The notes beneath the pieces were generated by a model that made no database searches, was not told the origin of the DNA, and worked only from the letters and a program-made list of their open reading frames with translations. A stretch of 64,000 bases of DNA, from the NCBI RefSeq assembly GCF_026210795.1, contig NC_089429.1, forward strand, positions 7,626,001-7,690,000, in the 5' to 3' direction. Below, piece by piece: positions 39,380 through 53,167 of this stretch; within the stretch, counting starts at the first letter, position 1, and every line of letters begins with the position of its first letter. The translations under genes and the position numbers were made by a program. The stretch comes from Rhizophagus irregularis. Taxonomy: Eukaryota.

Positions 39380-40130
39380 TTTCATTCCACATTAAAGATT
39401 TTCTACAGCATCTCTAAATTCCTCATTAATTCCATCAAATAATGTACTTTTAAATTCGCCGGAAGTTAACACTTGGAACCCATCTAAAAATCTCAACAAT
39501 TCATGAACTTGTTGAGAAATTTTTTTAATTCCTTTCATTATCTATCTTTCTTACAAGTGGCCATGGTGATTTCAAAAATTGAAGAAATCCACTTTTTCAC
39601 ATTTTTATTTTTATCAATCATTTATGATTAAATTTTTAAATTTAAGGATTGGCATTAATTAAATACACTTTCGCATAATAGCCAAAATTCTTGTGTAAGC
39701 ATTGTAAAAGGTACTACTTTTGTTCTGAAAATTGGTTCTTCAGATAACATTTGCCAAATTTTTGAAACAGCTTTTGGATGTAATGAAAAAATCTGGACCA
39801 AAAAAATTATAATAATGAAATTCAATATCAAGTAATAATAGCCAGTTTCATAAGTCCACCATCTTGCTACATTAGGAATTCTATAACCGCCACCTCCAAG
39901 AACTAACAAGGGAATCTGTCAACTTTTATAAATCTTACGCACTCTCCATGAGCTTTAAATACTTATATTAAAACCTCCTAATCTATCTTTTCCGAGAGAA
40001 TCTGCTCCACATTGCAATACAATAACGCTTGGTTGATAATGATCTCTTACATCTACATAACATCCTTGAATAATGAAACATAGCTATTATCATCAATTCC
40101 ATCTTTGAGAGGTACACTTAGACTAAATGC
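39380..40130 (-). pseudogene. 3' part of a class I histone deacetylase (Rpd3/Hos2-type) gene, disrupted
   Basis: [68 protein letters not shown], and downstream ISQQVHELLRFLD; frameshifts; N-terminal half absent. Confidence 0.9.
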
Positions 40131-40269
40131 TAACGCGAATAAATCATCAATAAAAATGCACGTGACCGTAGAACTGACTGCTGTTAGTGGTTTTCACGTT
40201 TTGACTAAATGAAAAGCAAAATTATTTGTTAAATCAGTAATTAAATAAATTCAGACAATAATTTCAAAA

Positions 40270-41400
40270 TCTTACATTTTCTAATGGTACTTTATGACGC
40301 ATATAATTGAATTAACACAGTCATACATAGTATGCCATCTGGTATCTATCCACTTTTTCAATAACCTTCACAGGCTTTAGTTTCTTTTAATGCAGAACCT
40401 TATAAAACAATTGTAATATCAATAAATAAATAAATAATAAAATTTAATATTAAATTACCTCCTTGATGGACTTTTTTAAAATATGTCCCCGTAGTATTAA
40501 ACTTTGTTAAAATCCGATTTGCGGATGAAGTAGAGCAAATAACTTTTGAAATCAAATTAATAGCATGTACCAATTGTACCATACAACGTACATTAAAGAA
40601 TATTTGTAGAATACTTGCTCCTGATTCTTGAATCTGTTACAATTACTGAAAAATTTGCTGGACCCAATTTCATCAATTATTTCTTCAATTGTTTCGGATA
40701 AAAATTCGCCAGTATGACTTTTACTTAATAGACCCCTTAAGCGCCATAAATATTCTCTATATTAAAAAAATTCCAATTGATTAAGAATAAAATTAAATTA
40801 AAATCGCTAAACATTAATGTTGGGAATAACATACACTATATTAAATTTGCTGTATTTTTCAATTCTTTAATAACTCATGTGTTTACAACTTCAGTTTCTT
40901 ATGATATAAGTTTGCCAGAAAGTAATTCTTTTGATGGTGGCGTATCCTGGGCGTAGAGTCTTCAAAAATTCAATAAAAAAGGATTTCCAATTACATGCCA
41001 TGGAATGTCACATACAACAAATGCTCACGATCAATTTCATGAGTTCTATTCTAAGAGAGTTAATACTTACATTAATGATGAAAATCTCCTATTTTTTTGT
41101 TTGAATTGAACCATCATTAAGTTTTCGCTTTTTAGATGAAAAATTGTTTATATCATATTTTGTAATATTTTGATAATCAAAATATATTTCCTTCAGCTTT
41201 TGCAGCAAGATTATCTTGTATCAGCTGATACTTTAGAATAATCATTAGTCAAAATGTTTTTCCAACCCTTTTGAAAAACCCTTTTTCCAGAATAGACCAC
41301 AGTATACACAGGTTGCTTCATAGTGACCTTCTGATACTTTTCTACCTTATATAGCATGGTCTCTCATACCAAAGACTTAAAGCGATCACCAAAACCTTTT
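40270..41400 (-). mobile_element. hAT (DUF659-type) transposase relic
   Basis: BED-like GHYEATCVYCGLFW..LEKH; FIEFLKTLRPGY; SHTGEFLSETIEEIIDEIG; VHAINLI; DTRWHTMYDCVNSI; introns, stops and frameshifts; gtttcgg repeats upstream at ~41807-41840. Confidence 0.8.
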
Positions 41401-42852
41401 CCTTTTTTTTTTGTTGGAATTATAAGATGCATTTGGGGAAGAGTTAGAAAAGGTAAATTTTTTGATCTTCTTTTATGGCCATTCATGTTAAAACTTTGTG
41501 TGTTTAGTTTGTGTGATACTAAGTAATTTACATAAAACATAATATACTTTAACTCATCCTGACCGTGCAATGACCTTTTCACATAATGGGTTAGTAAAGT
41601 GAACTACGATACTGCATAACAGCCTATAGCTTATACAAAATGATAATTGATAATTGATTGTTTATAAAGTCAGACGAAGGGGGAAATGGTTATTTATGAT
41701 TAAACATGAATATTGCATTTTGCGAAATATCGAGAGAAAAATTTAAGAACATTACTAAATTTAGTCACCAATTAAAAAGAATTCACGTGACATTTAGATT
41801 TACCAAGTTTCGGAAGTTTCGGAAATTTCTCCAGTTTCGGAATGAAACGAAGATCAAAATAGAAGTATATTACTAGTGTAACATATTTACTTAATACTTG
41901 TACAGAATCAAAAAAAAAAGTGGACAACTATGCAACTATGTGAAATTGAAGGTTATCTTTGCGCTAGGAATTCATTCATATCGTCAGGTAAATAGGACAA
42001 AATCATGATGTTACCAAGGGACGACAGTATCACATGACTAGAAAATATGAAAATCCACATGACCCTAGAGGCATGAAACTTTTGTAACACTGAAAACCAT
42101 GACTTTTTTGTGTCTGATCTTAAAAATTTGCCGTATGTAACTCGGGTGTACCGAAACCTTAATCCTTTTAATCCTTTTTCTGTAACAATATGTAATGCAA
42201 TTTTAAATAATAATATGACCGCAGTCAAAGTCTATAATACTTGTCACACGAGTTCTGTATAAAACTAATTCTAAAAGCAAATATAATACACATGAAACAT
42301 TTTTACGTCACAAAAAAAGTTCTCGAATATTACACATTAGACAATTGAAAATTTAAAAGTTTCATTTCTTTAAAAGGGATTAAAGAAAATGAAAAAGTTA
42401 TTCAATGTACAAGTTTCAAACTAAAACATTTTGATCATCTTTTATCAAATTAAAAAATGCTATGCTAAATGAATATCATTTGATATGTAATTGTGTACTT
42501 TCTAAATAGGGTTAGTTTGAAAATTTAAGATATATGATCTATTTACATAGTCGGAATCTTTGATTTATGATAAAATTTTAACAATTGAGCTTTGATTTCC
42601 CAAACCAAGTTTATTGATTTTGATACAACTACAACTTAACGGCCGACTCGGATAAATATATCATTGTATTAGTCAAACCCGAAGCCTCTATTATAAAAAA
42701 TTTGTATTGGGCACCAGACATCAAAATTATATATAATATGGTTGGTTTTTGACATTTATAATTTTTTTTCATTCTATTCAATCGTTTATACATACTATTT
42801 CATTCATACATAATAAACATTCATACTATTTATTCTTCTCTTCATCATAACT

Positions 42853-43680
42853 ATGGTTCAACTTTATGCAGATGTTATTTTATTGATTATGCTTGAATTA
42901 CAAGATGATCTTTCATCTTTACATTCTTGCGTTCTTGTGAGTAGATCTTGGTCTCGGATAGCCGTACCTTTCCTATGGAAATATTTCTCTTGTATCAATG
43001 GATTTACCTATAATCGTGACAGGGAATCACGTATAAAATTATACAAAGTAATAGCCAATTTTTTGCCGATTGAATCAGAAAACCTTTTGATCAAAAGTAA
43101 TATTATATTGCCTTCATATAAATTACCAAGAAAACCAACATTTGAATATATGAATTATTTTACTCAAATCACGCCATGTTGGATTAAAGATATGGTGCAA
43201 CTTTTTATTGAAGAAGATTCTATTTATAAAAAAAATTTATTAGAAGTCCAAATTTACAATTTAATTTTTAAAAATTGTAAAAATATAAACCATTTTTATT
43301 TGAATACTGATATAAAATTCTATAATTTTCCAAGTGTGGGATCATTTTTTTTAAATCTACAATCTCTTGGAATTAGTTTTGAAAATAATATAGTAACTTC
43401 AAAAACATTACTCGAACTTTCCACTATTTGCCAAAATATAAAAATTTTAGAGATAAATTATTGTAATGAGGATTCTAAAGGTTTAGCTTCATTTATTGAA
43501 ATGCAACATGATCTGCGGTACTTATTTTTACATTTTATTAATAATAATAATAATAAAAACAAATATCCATTATTAAGCAATGTAATCAAGGAAAAAGGCT
43601 GCCATATTAAAAATATTTTTGGTAACACTACTTATCGATCCTGGTTCATTTTTAAGTTTAATAAATCCACAACATTATGA
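42853..43680 (+). CDS. F-box / LRR-like protein, probably C-terminally truncated (possible pseudogene)
   Basis: MVQLYADVILLIMLELQDDLSSLHSCVLVSRSWSRIAVPFLWK F-box; LRR-like LQSLGISF, ICQNIKILEI, LRYLFLHF; coding character decays after ~43590. Confidence 0.75.
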   Translation: MVQLYADVILLIMLELQDDLSSLHSCVLVSRSWSRIAVPFLWKYFSCINGFTYNRDRESRIKLYKVIANFLPIESENLLIKSNIILPSYKLPRKPTFEYMNYFTQITPCWIKDMVQLFIEEDSIYKKNLLEVQIYNLIFKNCKNINHFYLNTDIKFYNFPSVGSFFLNLQSLGISFENNIVTSKTLLELSTICQNIKILEINYCNEDSKGLASFIEMQHDLRYLFLHFINNNNNKNKYPLLSNVIKEKGCHIKNIFGNTTYRSWFIFKFNKSTTL

Positions 43681-44214
43681 GAATGTAGACTGGAATTTTT
43701 CTTTTAATAATATATTAATTTTCTTAAAAGTATAAAATTATTTTTAATATTATAGAATTATTTTTTATTTTTTTTTTTATTTTTATAAATAAAGTTAAAT
43801 TTTTCATATTAACAGTTAATAATATAAAAATGATAAGCATAACAATGTTCATAAATTAATTAAATATTGGATGAGGGAAAAAATTTAATTGAAATCTGAG
43901 GTTAAATTATTTTATCGTTATAGTCTGGAATTTTTTTTTTTAATATTTTATATGTGGGCAGCAGCAGCAGTTGCAAGTATTGAAGAACAGAATATTTTTT
44001 AAACATGACATTACAGAAAGCAAACAAATTGATTTCAGATCTAACTTTTTATTTAAAATTTTGAGTTAAAAAATTGTCATATAAGCATTTTTCTGATGCA
44101 CAGTTACACACCCATGCTGTATACTATACATCATACACATGTTATAAATAAATCCTAATATTACAATATAATAACAGATAATATAAAGTAACATTTAAAA
44201 TAATGAAGAAATTG

Positions 44215-44670
44215 TTAATTCCCTTGTGATTTACTACGGCTCCACCACTGTTTCCCGCACTTCCCTATAGGCAAAGCAATAACTGACCACCCTCTAATTC
44301 CTTTAAACGCTGCTGTTGCACATATGTCAGGATATTTTTTGGAACAAATGTATTCATAAAATCCTGGAGCAAGTGGGAATTCCCAACGTTGGGCATCACC
44401 ATCATTTTCATCATAAGATTCAATAGTGAGTTTTTTGCCATTACCATTGCATTGGACGTATTTGCCAATAATACCATTGAGTAAGATGCGGCTGTCTTCA
44501 GTAATTATCCAGTTATCGCCTTGTTTGTTTAAAACAACATCAGTTTCATTTACTTCCCAAAAAAGATCATTATGGCCACTGATGAAAGATAATTGAATTT
44601 TCGTTAGTATTTGACTTAAAGCAACAGCAGTAATTGTGGTTAAAAGGAACAAAAGTAAGTTAAATTCCAT
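44215..44670 (-). CDS. Small secreted ricin-B (beta-trefoil) lectin-like protein, 151 aa
   Basis: Hydrophobic N-terminal signal peptide (MEFNLLLFLLTTITAVALS); QxW-like motifs GDNW, AQRW, KQWW; four Cys; intact single exon. Confidence 0.72.
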   Translation of the reverse strand: MEFNLLLFLLTTITAVALSQILTKIQLSFISGHNDLFWEVNETDVVLNKQGDNWIITEDSRILLNGIIGKYVQCNGNGKKLTIESYDENDGDAQRWEFPLAPGFYEYICSKKYPDICATAAFKGIRGWSVIALPIGKCGKQWWSRSKSQGN

Positions 44671-45197
44671 TTTTGATTTTCTGTTGATTTTACTTTTTTT
44701 TTTTTGTGAAGTTAATTTTCAAATAGCGTAGAGTCGAGGCGTACGGTTATATAGTTGAAACAGAGTTTTCTGAAAGAAGTGAGCCGATGGATAATTGATT
44801 ATCCGGATGATCATTTTTAAACATATGTTCAGTTACTCAAAAAGAATTCTCTCATCTAAAAGAATTGTTGATGCAGACGAAGCTTTGAATGGATGATCTG
44901 ATGTTTTTGCGATATCTGTCATTTTTTTCTTTTTAATAAAATTCTCAATAAATCCATTTTTTTTCTTATAAATAGAATTCATTTTTTTCTTTTTAATAAA
45001 ATCTTTGCTAAAATGGCATTTTTTTAAATATACAGTACATTTTAATATTTTTGTAATACTTTAGTAATATTTTTAATAATAATATGAATGCCCAATAGGA
45101 TAATACTTACAAATAATTAAATATACAAAAAAATTATAAAACATATTAAAAATAAAGAGTATTTAAAAAATTTTATATTAAAAAAAAACGTGTATTT

Positions 45198-45352
45198 AAA
45201 TGGGATTTGGAATGGGATTGGAAATGGAAATGAGAATGGGATTTGGGATGGATGGATTTGGAATGGGATGGAATTTGGAAATGGAATTTGGATGGATTTG
45301 AGATGTAAGATGGGATTTGAAATGGGATTTGGGATGGGGACTCCCATCCCAT
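45198..45352. repeat. Low-complexity (AATGGG/ATTTGG)n array
   Basis: Tandem degenerate hexamers ending in a short hairpin aatgggat..atcccatt; yields spurious Pro/Ile-rich ORFs. Confidence 0.8.
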
Positions 45353-45432
45353 TTATTTGAATGGCAAGTATATATAGCACAGAATTTTGGTGATGAGACC
45401 CGTGTGGACAACAAAGTAGCAGAAGAAATGGG

Positions 45433-48290
45433 AATATATTTTAATTATGATCGAATGTCACAATTGATATAAAGTACAATGATGTAATCTCATTAGTTTT
45501 ACGAATAAAAAATATTTATTTTTTTTTCTGAACGACGGGTAGTAAACCAGTTTAATTTATAAGCACATCTTTAATGAATACAATGCCTATTGCTAATTCG
45601 ACAAACTGTTGATTTCTAATATTATAAGCAACCATTCCTAATCATAAGAAATGAAATACCAACAAGAAGCCAAATGTAAAATAACCACCTTACAAAGTGA
45701 CTTTCTTCCTTTTAAAAATTTCCAAGGATTTTTCCATGAATTTCTAATCGTAAGAAATGGAATACAAGAATTTTATCAAATTTTGATTTCAAGAAGCCAA
45801 ACCACCTTACAGAGTGACTTTCTTTCTTTCAAAAATTTCCAAGGATTTCTCCATGGATTACTAATCGTAAGAAATGGAATACAAGAATTTTATCAAATTT
45901 TGATTTCAAGAAGCCAAATGTAAAATAACTATCTTACAAAGTGACTTTCTTCCTTTCAAAAATTTCCAGGGATTTTTCCATGGAAAAAGCGTTAACCTCC
46001 TAAGAATAATTGATTGTCTATATAAAAATCTGCAGTTCCGCTGACGTAACTTATGATGTCCTAAATATCAAAAATTCATTTGATCAAATAAATTAGATGA
46101 TTTCTTTATTTCTATATGATATATCTTATTTAAGTAACAATAAATTTAAGTGGAGCGAGCGGTCGAGTCGATTCTCTCCGTCTTTTTAGCGTACGAATTA
46201 TCTTGTAAAAGTTTAAGCTATAATTAATGAAAGATTAGCTGACATTTCAGGAATTTATTCTGTACAAGAAGTTAACAAAAAACAGCAAAAATTATATTAA
46301 TTTATAAATATTACAAAGAATAGGACAAGTAAGTAAATAATCGACTGCTTACGATGAAAGAGCAGCCAAATAAAAATGAAAAAATTAAATATTTTTTTTT
46401 CCTTTTCCAATTTTTTTTACCGAAAGCACTATATGATATAAACACCTTTGAAAAGGTTGACCAGTATAACAATGATTCGAACTCTATACTTAAAATAAAT
46501 TACCAATACTAATAAAGTAATACGCGTGATCTCTTTTCCTTCTCGTAGGAGCATGGACAATCCTAAAGTTTGATATTCGTTTCGTCCTTCCTACATAAAT
46601 AAACGCATTTTGATGTTTCGGTAGACAGCCTAACTTTTCCTCTTCCTTTATCGATTTCAGAATTCAAACTTTTGATGAAATTGCCTCAATTTTCTCGGCA
46701 TCCCGGATTTTTCGCGGCAATTGTTTCCATCTAACTTATCGGTAAGAAGAGTTGATGATTTCGGTGAAGATTACCCTCACAATTATCTTTAAATTCGTCT
46801 CAGCACTTCTTTCTTTTTTTTTCAACGTCAGGTTTTTTTGGTCAAAAAGCAAATTTGATGCGATTCGTTATTATTATCAATTTTGTTTGCCTTGAAACCT
46901 CAGTCACAATCTGATTCGATTCAACCATTAGAATCAGTAGGTTGAAATGCACAAATATATTCTGATGATTCGGCTAGTAATTCTATTACTTTGTGGTTCA
47001 ACAGAAAACTTCTAAATGAACACGTAATTATAAAGAATATTTGAAGTTAATATTAATTTTTTTTTTAAATTATCTGAACTTTATATTTAATAATAAACTT
47101 ACTCTGTAAAATGATCGAATAGTTTAATAGTTCTTCCTCGCCTTCACAAGATAAAAAAAATGGTTCTTTACGTTTTCGTACTTCTTTTCCGAATCTTTAA
47201 TCAATTCTAGTAATTCCGGTGATGCATCGCAAAGTCGCATTCTATATTTATTCGATTTAGTAACCAATGGTGTTCATATAATAATCCTTGATCAACTTCG
47301 TCAATAAGGAATTTAACGTCCTCCCGCGTCGCGCGATCAAGAAATAAATAGGTTATACGCTACCATCAACTCCCATCTCCTTTAACTACAAATACAAATC
47401 ACACCAAACACACTTTATTTTAGCTTCATCAATAAGGAACTTCACGTTCCAGCATATTACGCATATTACGTATATTACGTGACCAAGAAATAACTAATAT
47501 CCTTGAATAGTTAAAATAAAAATAGTGTAACACCTATTCATACAAGTTTTCCTTCAGTTGTTTCCTCCTTAAGGATTTTGAATATTTCATGATTTTGGCA
47601 AGCATTTGGATTATTTCAGCGAAATCGATTTATTTCTTCTTCCGTTTCTGCCTTGTCGACGCTTAGACCCTTCGTCCGGTGTTTCTTCTTGAAACCTCTG
47701 TTGCTTTTGTTTGTTCGACTTGATGGGTAACGATTTGCTAGTCGACTTATTGGTCTTGTCACTTGCCCAGTCATTCTAAAATTGTTCATAGCATCCTATG
47801 ACATGGAGCCAAGGAAGTAAAGGATAATGTTCACAATAGGCTTTTTACTAATAATAACATCAATTCTTCCTGCAAGAAAATATAAATAATAATCAGAATA
47901 CTTTCTGATTATGTGTTGATATGAAATCATCATAAATGCAAAAAAAAAAGTATTCAATTACCATACGTATTTTCATTCAATTGGAGAAATAGTCTTATTA
48001 AATAGCTATCATCATTTACCTATAATAATATTAATAAATTAAATATTGTTTAAAATTAATAAATAGATTCCTTCAATATCTGGCTTTCATTATGATTTAA
48101 ACATTACCTTAAATTTGATGTAAGAAGTTCTATATGTTGTAGCATAATCTCAACAATCCATCATTGCGATTTAGAAAACTAATATCGTGCCAAATGTAAG
48201 AAATGAGCGCCAGCCACAACATATCTTGCTATCTTCTTAGTACCACTGAACCAATTTGTTCAAAGATTGGTTATAAATGTGTAAATATAA
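45433..48290 (-). mobile_element. P-element-like transposase relic, copy A (left arm of inverted repeat)
   Basis: Reverse complement is collinear with 54640-57983; encodes KKIARYVVAGAHFL and LLPWLHVIGC motifs. Confidence 0.75.
45665..45985. repeat. ~125-bp tandem repeat, ~2.5 copies
   Basis: 'ttaca(a/g)agtgactttctt..aaaaatttcca(a/g)ggattt..ccatg' at ~45690, ~45807 and ~45934. Confidence 0.9.
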
Positions 48291-49099
48291 CATATGGGTA
48301 ATTAACCTTGAAATATATTATTTATCTTGCATGTAAAAACTGATCTAGTTCTGCCATCACTAACTAGTAGCTCTGGGTGAATTGGAATCATCTTTGATAT
48401 TAAATTAATTTGATGATTATTCTTATAATCATCTCGCGTTTAAAAACTGATCTAGTTCCGCATCACTATGCTTGATGGATAAATGCTCAATCCCACTTCA
48501 CCCGCAAAAACTTTTTGCCACGCACATTAAGTTCCCCATGAACTCCAAGGACAAAAAATTCACCGTAAAGTCAACATTTTCAGGAAAGAAAGGATGATCA
48601 AGTAGGGACGTGATTATTCATATCTTATATCGGTTGATATTTTCGGTTACATTAACTGAAGATATTCGGCACAATCACTTTAATTTAGGGTTTGGCATAT
48701 AATTCCTGTTCATCATCATATTATATTGTGCCTAAAGTTTTAATATATTAATTACGTTAACTAAATAAATATTAATACATAATTAAGATCTACAAACTTT
48801 AAAAAGAGTTGAGCAAGGTTGCGAGCTTTTCGTGGTATTTAGAGGAGAATAATGAATCTAGGAATGTTTGTTATCGAAGATTGTTAATATAATGAACTAG
48901 TGTGTTATTTATCAATGATTTTTTTTTTACGTACTTTAAGAGTTCAAATATTCTAGATACATGTTTCCACGCCAAGACATCGTAGGCGAGATAACTGCGG
49001 ATGAAATCCATAAGTCGTTATGTGACATAATTCCAATTAGATTTTTAGTATTTGATATTTGAGAACTGAAATAAAAAATTGTACCGGTTTTGATTTATT

Positions 49100-49252
49100 T
49101 AGGATCAGAAGGTAGAGGATCAGGTAGAGGATCAGAAGTTAAAGGATCAGAAGGTAAAGGATCAGAAGGTAGGGTAGAGGATCAGAAGGTAGAGGATCAG
49201 AAGATAAAGGGTCAAAAGATAAGATAAAGGATCAGAAGATAAAGGATTAGAA
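49100..49252. repeat. 15-bp minisatellite (AGGATCAGAAGGTAG)n
   Basis: About 10 degenerate units. Confidence 0.9.
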
Positions 49253-50565
49253 GATTAAGTCGGTATGACCTGCTATACCAATCCCAATCACTGTCAGTGA
49301 GTTCATATATTGTATATATATTATGATCCGGTGATATAATAAATATGATAGATATAAAGCGTATAAAGAAAAATAACTAAATATAATTGTAATGCGTATC
49401 TTCTTCTTCTTTATTAAACGATCACTAGAAAGAGCAAATTGATTTAAGTATTGGTGTAACAAAGACAACCTTTTAATTTATAAAAACGAACTACCTTTAT
49501 AAACAGTATCAAGTTCGGAGAACAACCCCGAGTCCCCGATATATTTAAATCCTAAAAATAATAATAATATAAAATCCGCGTAAATATAAAATAATATCAA
49601 TCTTGAAATCCTTAATAAAATATTTACCCGCTTTATCACAATTGAATATCAAAATAACTAATTCATATCTTTTCTAATTTTCGCTTAGTTTCTTTTAAGC
49701 TTCATTCATTTAACATATCGAGAATTACTTTTTTATATGCAAAAAAATCGATAAAGTAAATTCGGGTTCATTTTTTTCGTCCAAAAATCAAATTATCATG
49801 TATTCTCTCTCTTTTTATTAATAAGCATTGTTTATTTTCTTTTTTTTCAAATGAATTTTATGACTAAGCTATCAGGGATAAAACGGGTTTTACGCTATTG
49901 AGATATTTCTTTTACAAATACTGTTGATCATACTTGTCAAATATTAAGATAAAATATTAGAGTTCAAATATCGTCAGTCATGATAACGAACTGTTTTAGA
50001 GAACCTGCATACATACACCTGCATATTTTGTACAAGAAAAGCTTAGTTGTCAGAAGATAATTTCTCTAATTGTACGCGAATCCGTGTGACAATTCGCAAT
50101 TAAAGTTATATTCTCAGAATCGAAAAGAAATTCTTTGTTGCTTTTGAATAAAAGAACGTCAATATGCATTAAGGAGTTATCCAAACGGCATAAATCAAGT
50201 TTTCGTGTGAAAATATTTTTTTTTATGTTGTCCGTAAAGGAATAAATCTTCCTTATCTACATGCAGGAGAAAATGTTTCACAAAAAAAAAATAAATGAAT
50301 AAATGGGGGTTATTTGGCCCGTTGCCGCAGCGATATGCATATATATATATGCAGCATAAATTTCAAGAAAAAACGCTATATAAAAGTTCTTCACAAAACA
50401 AACAAACAAATAAATAAACGCTCATACATACATATAACAAACTTTATTTTACATTTAAAAAAAAAGTGAAGTCTCATAATAATATAACAATATTTGTACG
50501 ACAATATCTTCTATTTATTTATTAAAACAAAAGCGACCATGCTTGACGAAGCTTTAAAGCGTGAA

Positions 50566-50758
50566 AAACAATATTGCGCTAATATTTGTTCGCCTAAAAC
50601 TGATGATGAAAAGGATTATTTTATTAATGATAAAAAAACTATTATTATGCATAATATGCAAATTAAGCATATTATGCATGAATTTATTACTATAACAAAA
50701 TATATTTAGATTAAAATTTTAAGATTTATAGATGGGTGCTGATGTTACTCATCCTGCT
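50566..50758 (+). pseudogene. Argonaute MID/PIWI fragment
   Basis: KQYCANIC..FINDKKTII, an intron-like AT-rich stretch ending TAG (50731), then MGADVTHPA, the PIWI motif carrying the first catalytic Asp; no continuation. Confidence 0.75.
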
Positions 50759-51031
50759 TTGTTCTTGTTTTAAGAATTTTACTACAGAAATCGCGATTCA
50801 CAAATAATTTACTATACTTAAACTTCCTTGTAGTTTTAGTCTCCACAATTTTTTTTTTTTACTAATTAACCTTCAATGTATTATAAAATATGTATTGTAC
50901 AAATTAATTACGAGATCAATAGTGATAATAAAATAAATAAACAATTTTTTTTATCCGAAAACCAGAAAAACATGAACAGTTATCTTTATGCTTTTTAATG
51001 TCCTTCTTAGTACTACTTCTAGATCATTTTC

Positions 51032-51468
51032 GACCCAGCAACCAACATTGGCGTCATATGTCTAGTTTGGTTTTGAAAGGTAAGTGAAAAAAGCGCAAAG
51101 AACGAAAGAAAAATAAAAATAAACGAGTGTGATTATTGTTAATGAACGTAAAAGAATGTAAAGGGTATTCAAGGTAAAAGGGAATAGTGTAATTATTAGA
51201 AGGAACTAAAGAGTGTAAAGAATGTAGAGTGTTCGAGATGGCAAGGTAAAAGTAACGAAAGGAATCTATAGAAGAAAGAATAAGTGATAGGGATAAAGGA
51301 TTTAAAGCTAAAAAGCGTAAGGAATTTAAAGAATGTTCGAGATGGCAAGGTAAAAGGATATGGAAGGTCTGATTAGAAAGGAGGAAGGAAATAGTAGGAA
51401 AGGAAGAAAACCAAACTAGACGGATAAGGTTAGAGAAAGGATTAAAGTTAAGTAGGTTTGCTAGGGTC
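51032..51468. mobile_element. Non-autonomous TIR element with purine-rich interior
   Basis: gacccagcaacc / ggtttgctagggtc, and perfect 15-bp gtctagtttggtttt (51060-51074) / aaaaccaaactagac (51407-51421); internal repeat tgttcgagatggcaaggtaaaag twice. Confidence 0.6.
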
Positions 51469-53167
51469 AGTTAGAAGAATTAATGAGAGTATGCATGTGG
51501 ATATACCAATAGTTTATGGTATTCCAAGTTGGAATTGTTAATAATATATTCTGGAGAATAAATGAACATTGTAAATGGATTTTTTCTTTCATGTATGAAT
51601 AATTGTGAATCGATTACTATAATTTGTATTATGAGATTTTTTCTGTACATTTTTTTTTATAAAAAAAAGTACGCATTTTCATAAAGGCCCAGAGCCTTTT
51701 TTATATATGAAAAAAAAAAAAATTTTTGTCAATCACGGGGCGTAAAAAAATTGTCGCGTAATTATCGAATCAAAAAAAAAGTAGTATGCTACGTAAGATG
51801 TTACACGGTGTATATTTCAGACCAAACTTGAGATAACAGTAAATACCGAATACCGACCCCTTTTTTTATGTAACACAAAGTCAGTTGAGTTTCAATTACT
51901 GATTTAAATCCTAAATCAATTAATGAGATAAAAATGCGTGAAATTTTATTATTTTACTATTTTATTTTTTTTTTATATGCTCTGCAATGAACTTATGGAA
52001 GAGTCACAAGAATAAAATAAATAAAACGCGTAGATAAAGTCCGAAATTTCGTAATCTCCTAAATTATAGAGTAATATCACCGAACTGCGAACGAATTTAC
52101 TGAGTTTGTGATAACATTTTTTTGTTACGATATTACGATATTAAAACTTGTGACGTAAGTTTAAAGAACTTTTAATAGAGAAATTTCAATTACGTTAATA
52201 ATGTAGAAAGAACAATAGAACCGTCAAAAAGCATAATGTATGCTACTTATCAGATAAGGATTAATAAAATATTAAAATATGTAATCAAATTCAATGAAAT
52301 AAATAAAATGATTATGCAAAAACATAACAGGAATGTATTTACAAAGAATCGTGAGAGCTTTTTTAAATGACAATTATTAAACAATTTTTAATGTATGTTA
52401 CATCAATGCATATTGGCGTTTCTGAGATATGTTATCATTTGTTTAATTTATTTAAAAAAAGTAAAGATTTTTTTGAAAAGAAAAAAAAAGATAAATAAAA
52501 AATAGACTAAACTAATTAAATTAAATTAAATTAAAAATTAAAATTAAATTAAATTTACGTGTTTATTAAAACCATATTGATAATGATCTACAAATAGCGT
52601 AATATCACGCCATTCTAGTATAGGTTTAACCAAAAAGAAGTTATTAAATAATGCAGTGTTATCATAAAGAAAGATTCTATTGGGTTTTGATATTGCTGAT
52701 GTAGGAAAAATTTCCAATTTGAAAGACAATAACGAAATGCATGTGCGAGTTGGCTGATTGGTACTTGCATAAACTTATTTCTTCCTTGCTTCCCCTTAAA
52801 AAACAAAACTATAAGAAAATAAAAATATTACATTTAACACATTTAACACACAAATTATTAATTAATTCATACATATTTCGCCTTTACTCTGAAACAAAAA
52901 GAAACATTTTATTATTTTTTTTAAATACTACATACTCACTACTCACTGCTCACAAAGAACTTAAAAGGGACCGTAGAATAATTTATGACCATGAAGCGAG
53001 CGAGAGGAATGTTATAAAATTCCAAGGAACTCAATTCAATGAAGAAAGTGATGAAGATACCACATTACCGCACGGTTTATTGCGAAATTTAGGACAGGTT
53101 CTTCCTTATGATGAATTCATCCTTAAGACGGTTACGGAATTTAGGACAAATCCTTCTTCCTTAGGCA

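Noticed and set aside
45117..45414. Pro/Ile-rich ORFs (87 and 72 aa)
   Set aside because: Artefacts of the low-complexity hexamer array.
17453..50758. A functional chromatin/RNAi gene cluster (bromodomain + HDAC + Argonaute)
   Set aside because: HDAC and Argonaute are short disrupted fragments 10-30 kb from each other and the bromodomain genes; no evidence of co-function.
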